Positions 63,426 through 64,000 of a stretch of 64,000 bases of DNA are shown here, one piece after another; position 1 is the first letter of the stretch, and each line of letters opens with the position of its first letter. The DNA is from a virus. The notes below the pieces were generated by a model that worked only from the letters and a program-made list of their open reading frames with translations, did no database searches and had not been told where the DNA came from. The DNA is taken from the IMG/VR virus record IMGVR_UViG_3300020473_000015. One strand, 5' to 3'. Position numbers and translations under genes: made by a program.

Positions 63426-63849
63426 GTGCAAGCTACTTCCAGTAGTTAAAAATAGATATTTTAAAACTAACCCACCTTATAAAAAGTATGGTCATTATGC
63501 ACGGCCATATTATTCGATAAAGGGGTTACATCAAACATGCTGGATTATAATTACACACATTCTTGTGGACTACGAGCATTACGTTGAACAAGGTATGACT
63601 TTGGAAGAGATTGTGATAGAGTGTATTAAGTTTTTAAACCATAGACCCAAGAGTAGATATGGTAAAAAAAGAAAGCGCAAGTCTCTTTACGGCACGTTTC
63701 GACCAAAGCCACACTTAGTTAAAGTGCTGGATAAGGAAGACAAAAAATGCCTTCAGGTTCTATTAATAACCGAAGACAAAAAGAATCCAAATTTTTGGGG
63801 AGAAGGAGAGGTAATAAATTATTCATGTCGAAGAAAAAGAAGGACATAG
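63418..63849 (+). CDS. hypothetical protein
   Basis: 143 aa from ATG 63418. Confidence 0.55.
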   Translation: MIECKLLPVVKNRYFKTNPPYKKYGHYARPYYSIKGLHQTCWIIITHILVDYEHYVEQGMTLEEIVIECIKFLNHRPKSRYGKKRKRKSLYGTFRPKPHLVKVLDKEDKKCLQVLLITEDKKNPNFWGEGEVINYSCRRKRRT

Positions 63850-64000
63850 TATATACTTTTGAAGAAGGAACGTGGTTGACATATCTTTATAAAATTGAGA
63901 GTGATAGAAATATTTTGGAAAACCTTCTGTTCGACCCAGAAGAAGCTCTTCCAATGTATATTAGAAGCATGCTTTGTGAATATTTTAGTTTTCTTCACAA
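63825..64000 (+). CDS. hypothetical protein, 3'-truncated by the window edge
   Basis: ATG 63825 after AGGAGAGG; open to the end (MSKKKKDIVYTFEEGTWLTYLY...). Confidence 0.55.
   Translation, partial: MSKKKKDIVYTFEEGTWLTYLYKIESDRNILENLLFDPEEALPMYIRSMLCEYFSFLH

Noticed and set aside
1-64000. CRISPR array, rRNA, IS/transposase, or stop-codon reassignment
   Set aside because: No regularly spaced repeats or transposase motifs seen; long genes are intact under code 11 and end in TAA, TAG and TGA

Overview
The window is 64 kb of an AT-rich, densely packed large (probably jumbo) myophage genome. All credible genes lie on the + strand and use the standard bacterial code. Positions 1-32.6 kb form a T4-like virion module: terminase, portal, prohead protease, scaffold, major capsid, neck, sheath, two tube-like genes, gp26-like chaperone, tape measure and baseplate, with a ribosomal protein bS21 gene inside the head cluster. 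Positions 32.6-64 kb form a bacterial-type replication, metabolism and proteostasis module: compact PolA, tubulin-like protein, gp32-like SSB, RecA, 5'-3' exonuclease, DnaB, class II RNR, ThyX, DnaE, dUTPase, IMPDH-like, ClpP, GroEL plus a distant GroES-like gene, and three peptidoglycan hydrolases. A tRNA island at 38.6-41.1 kb holds three normal tRNAs (Arg-UCU, Leu-UAA, CAU) and the most unusual element: a 190-nt RNA with complete tRNA acceptor, D and T arms whose anticodon loop is replaced by a ~120-nt structured domain. Two promoter classes can be read from the sequence: sigma70 TTGACA-N16/18-TAnnnT in front of replication and accessory genes, and a recurrent WCTAHTTA motif in front of virion genes. 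That motif also precedes several genes in the replication region whose products carry LKQxIxEE-type leaders, suggesting head-packaged cargo, including a possible SAM lyase. All family assignments come from motif recognition by eye; no database searches or folding programs were run.
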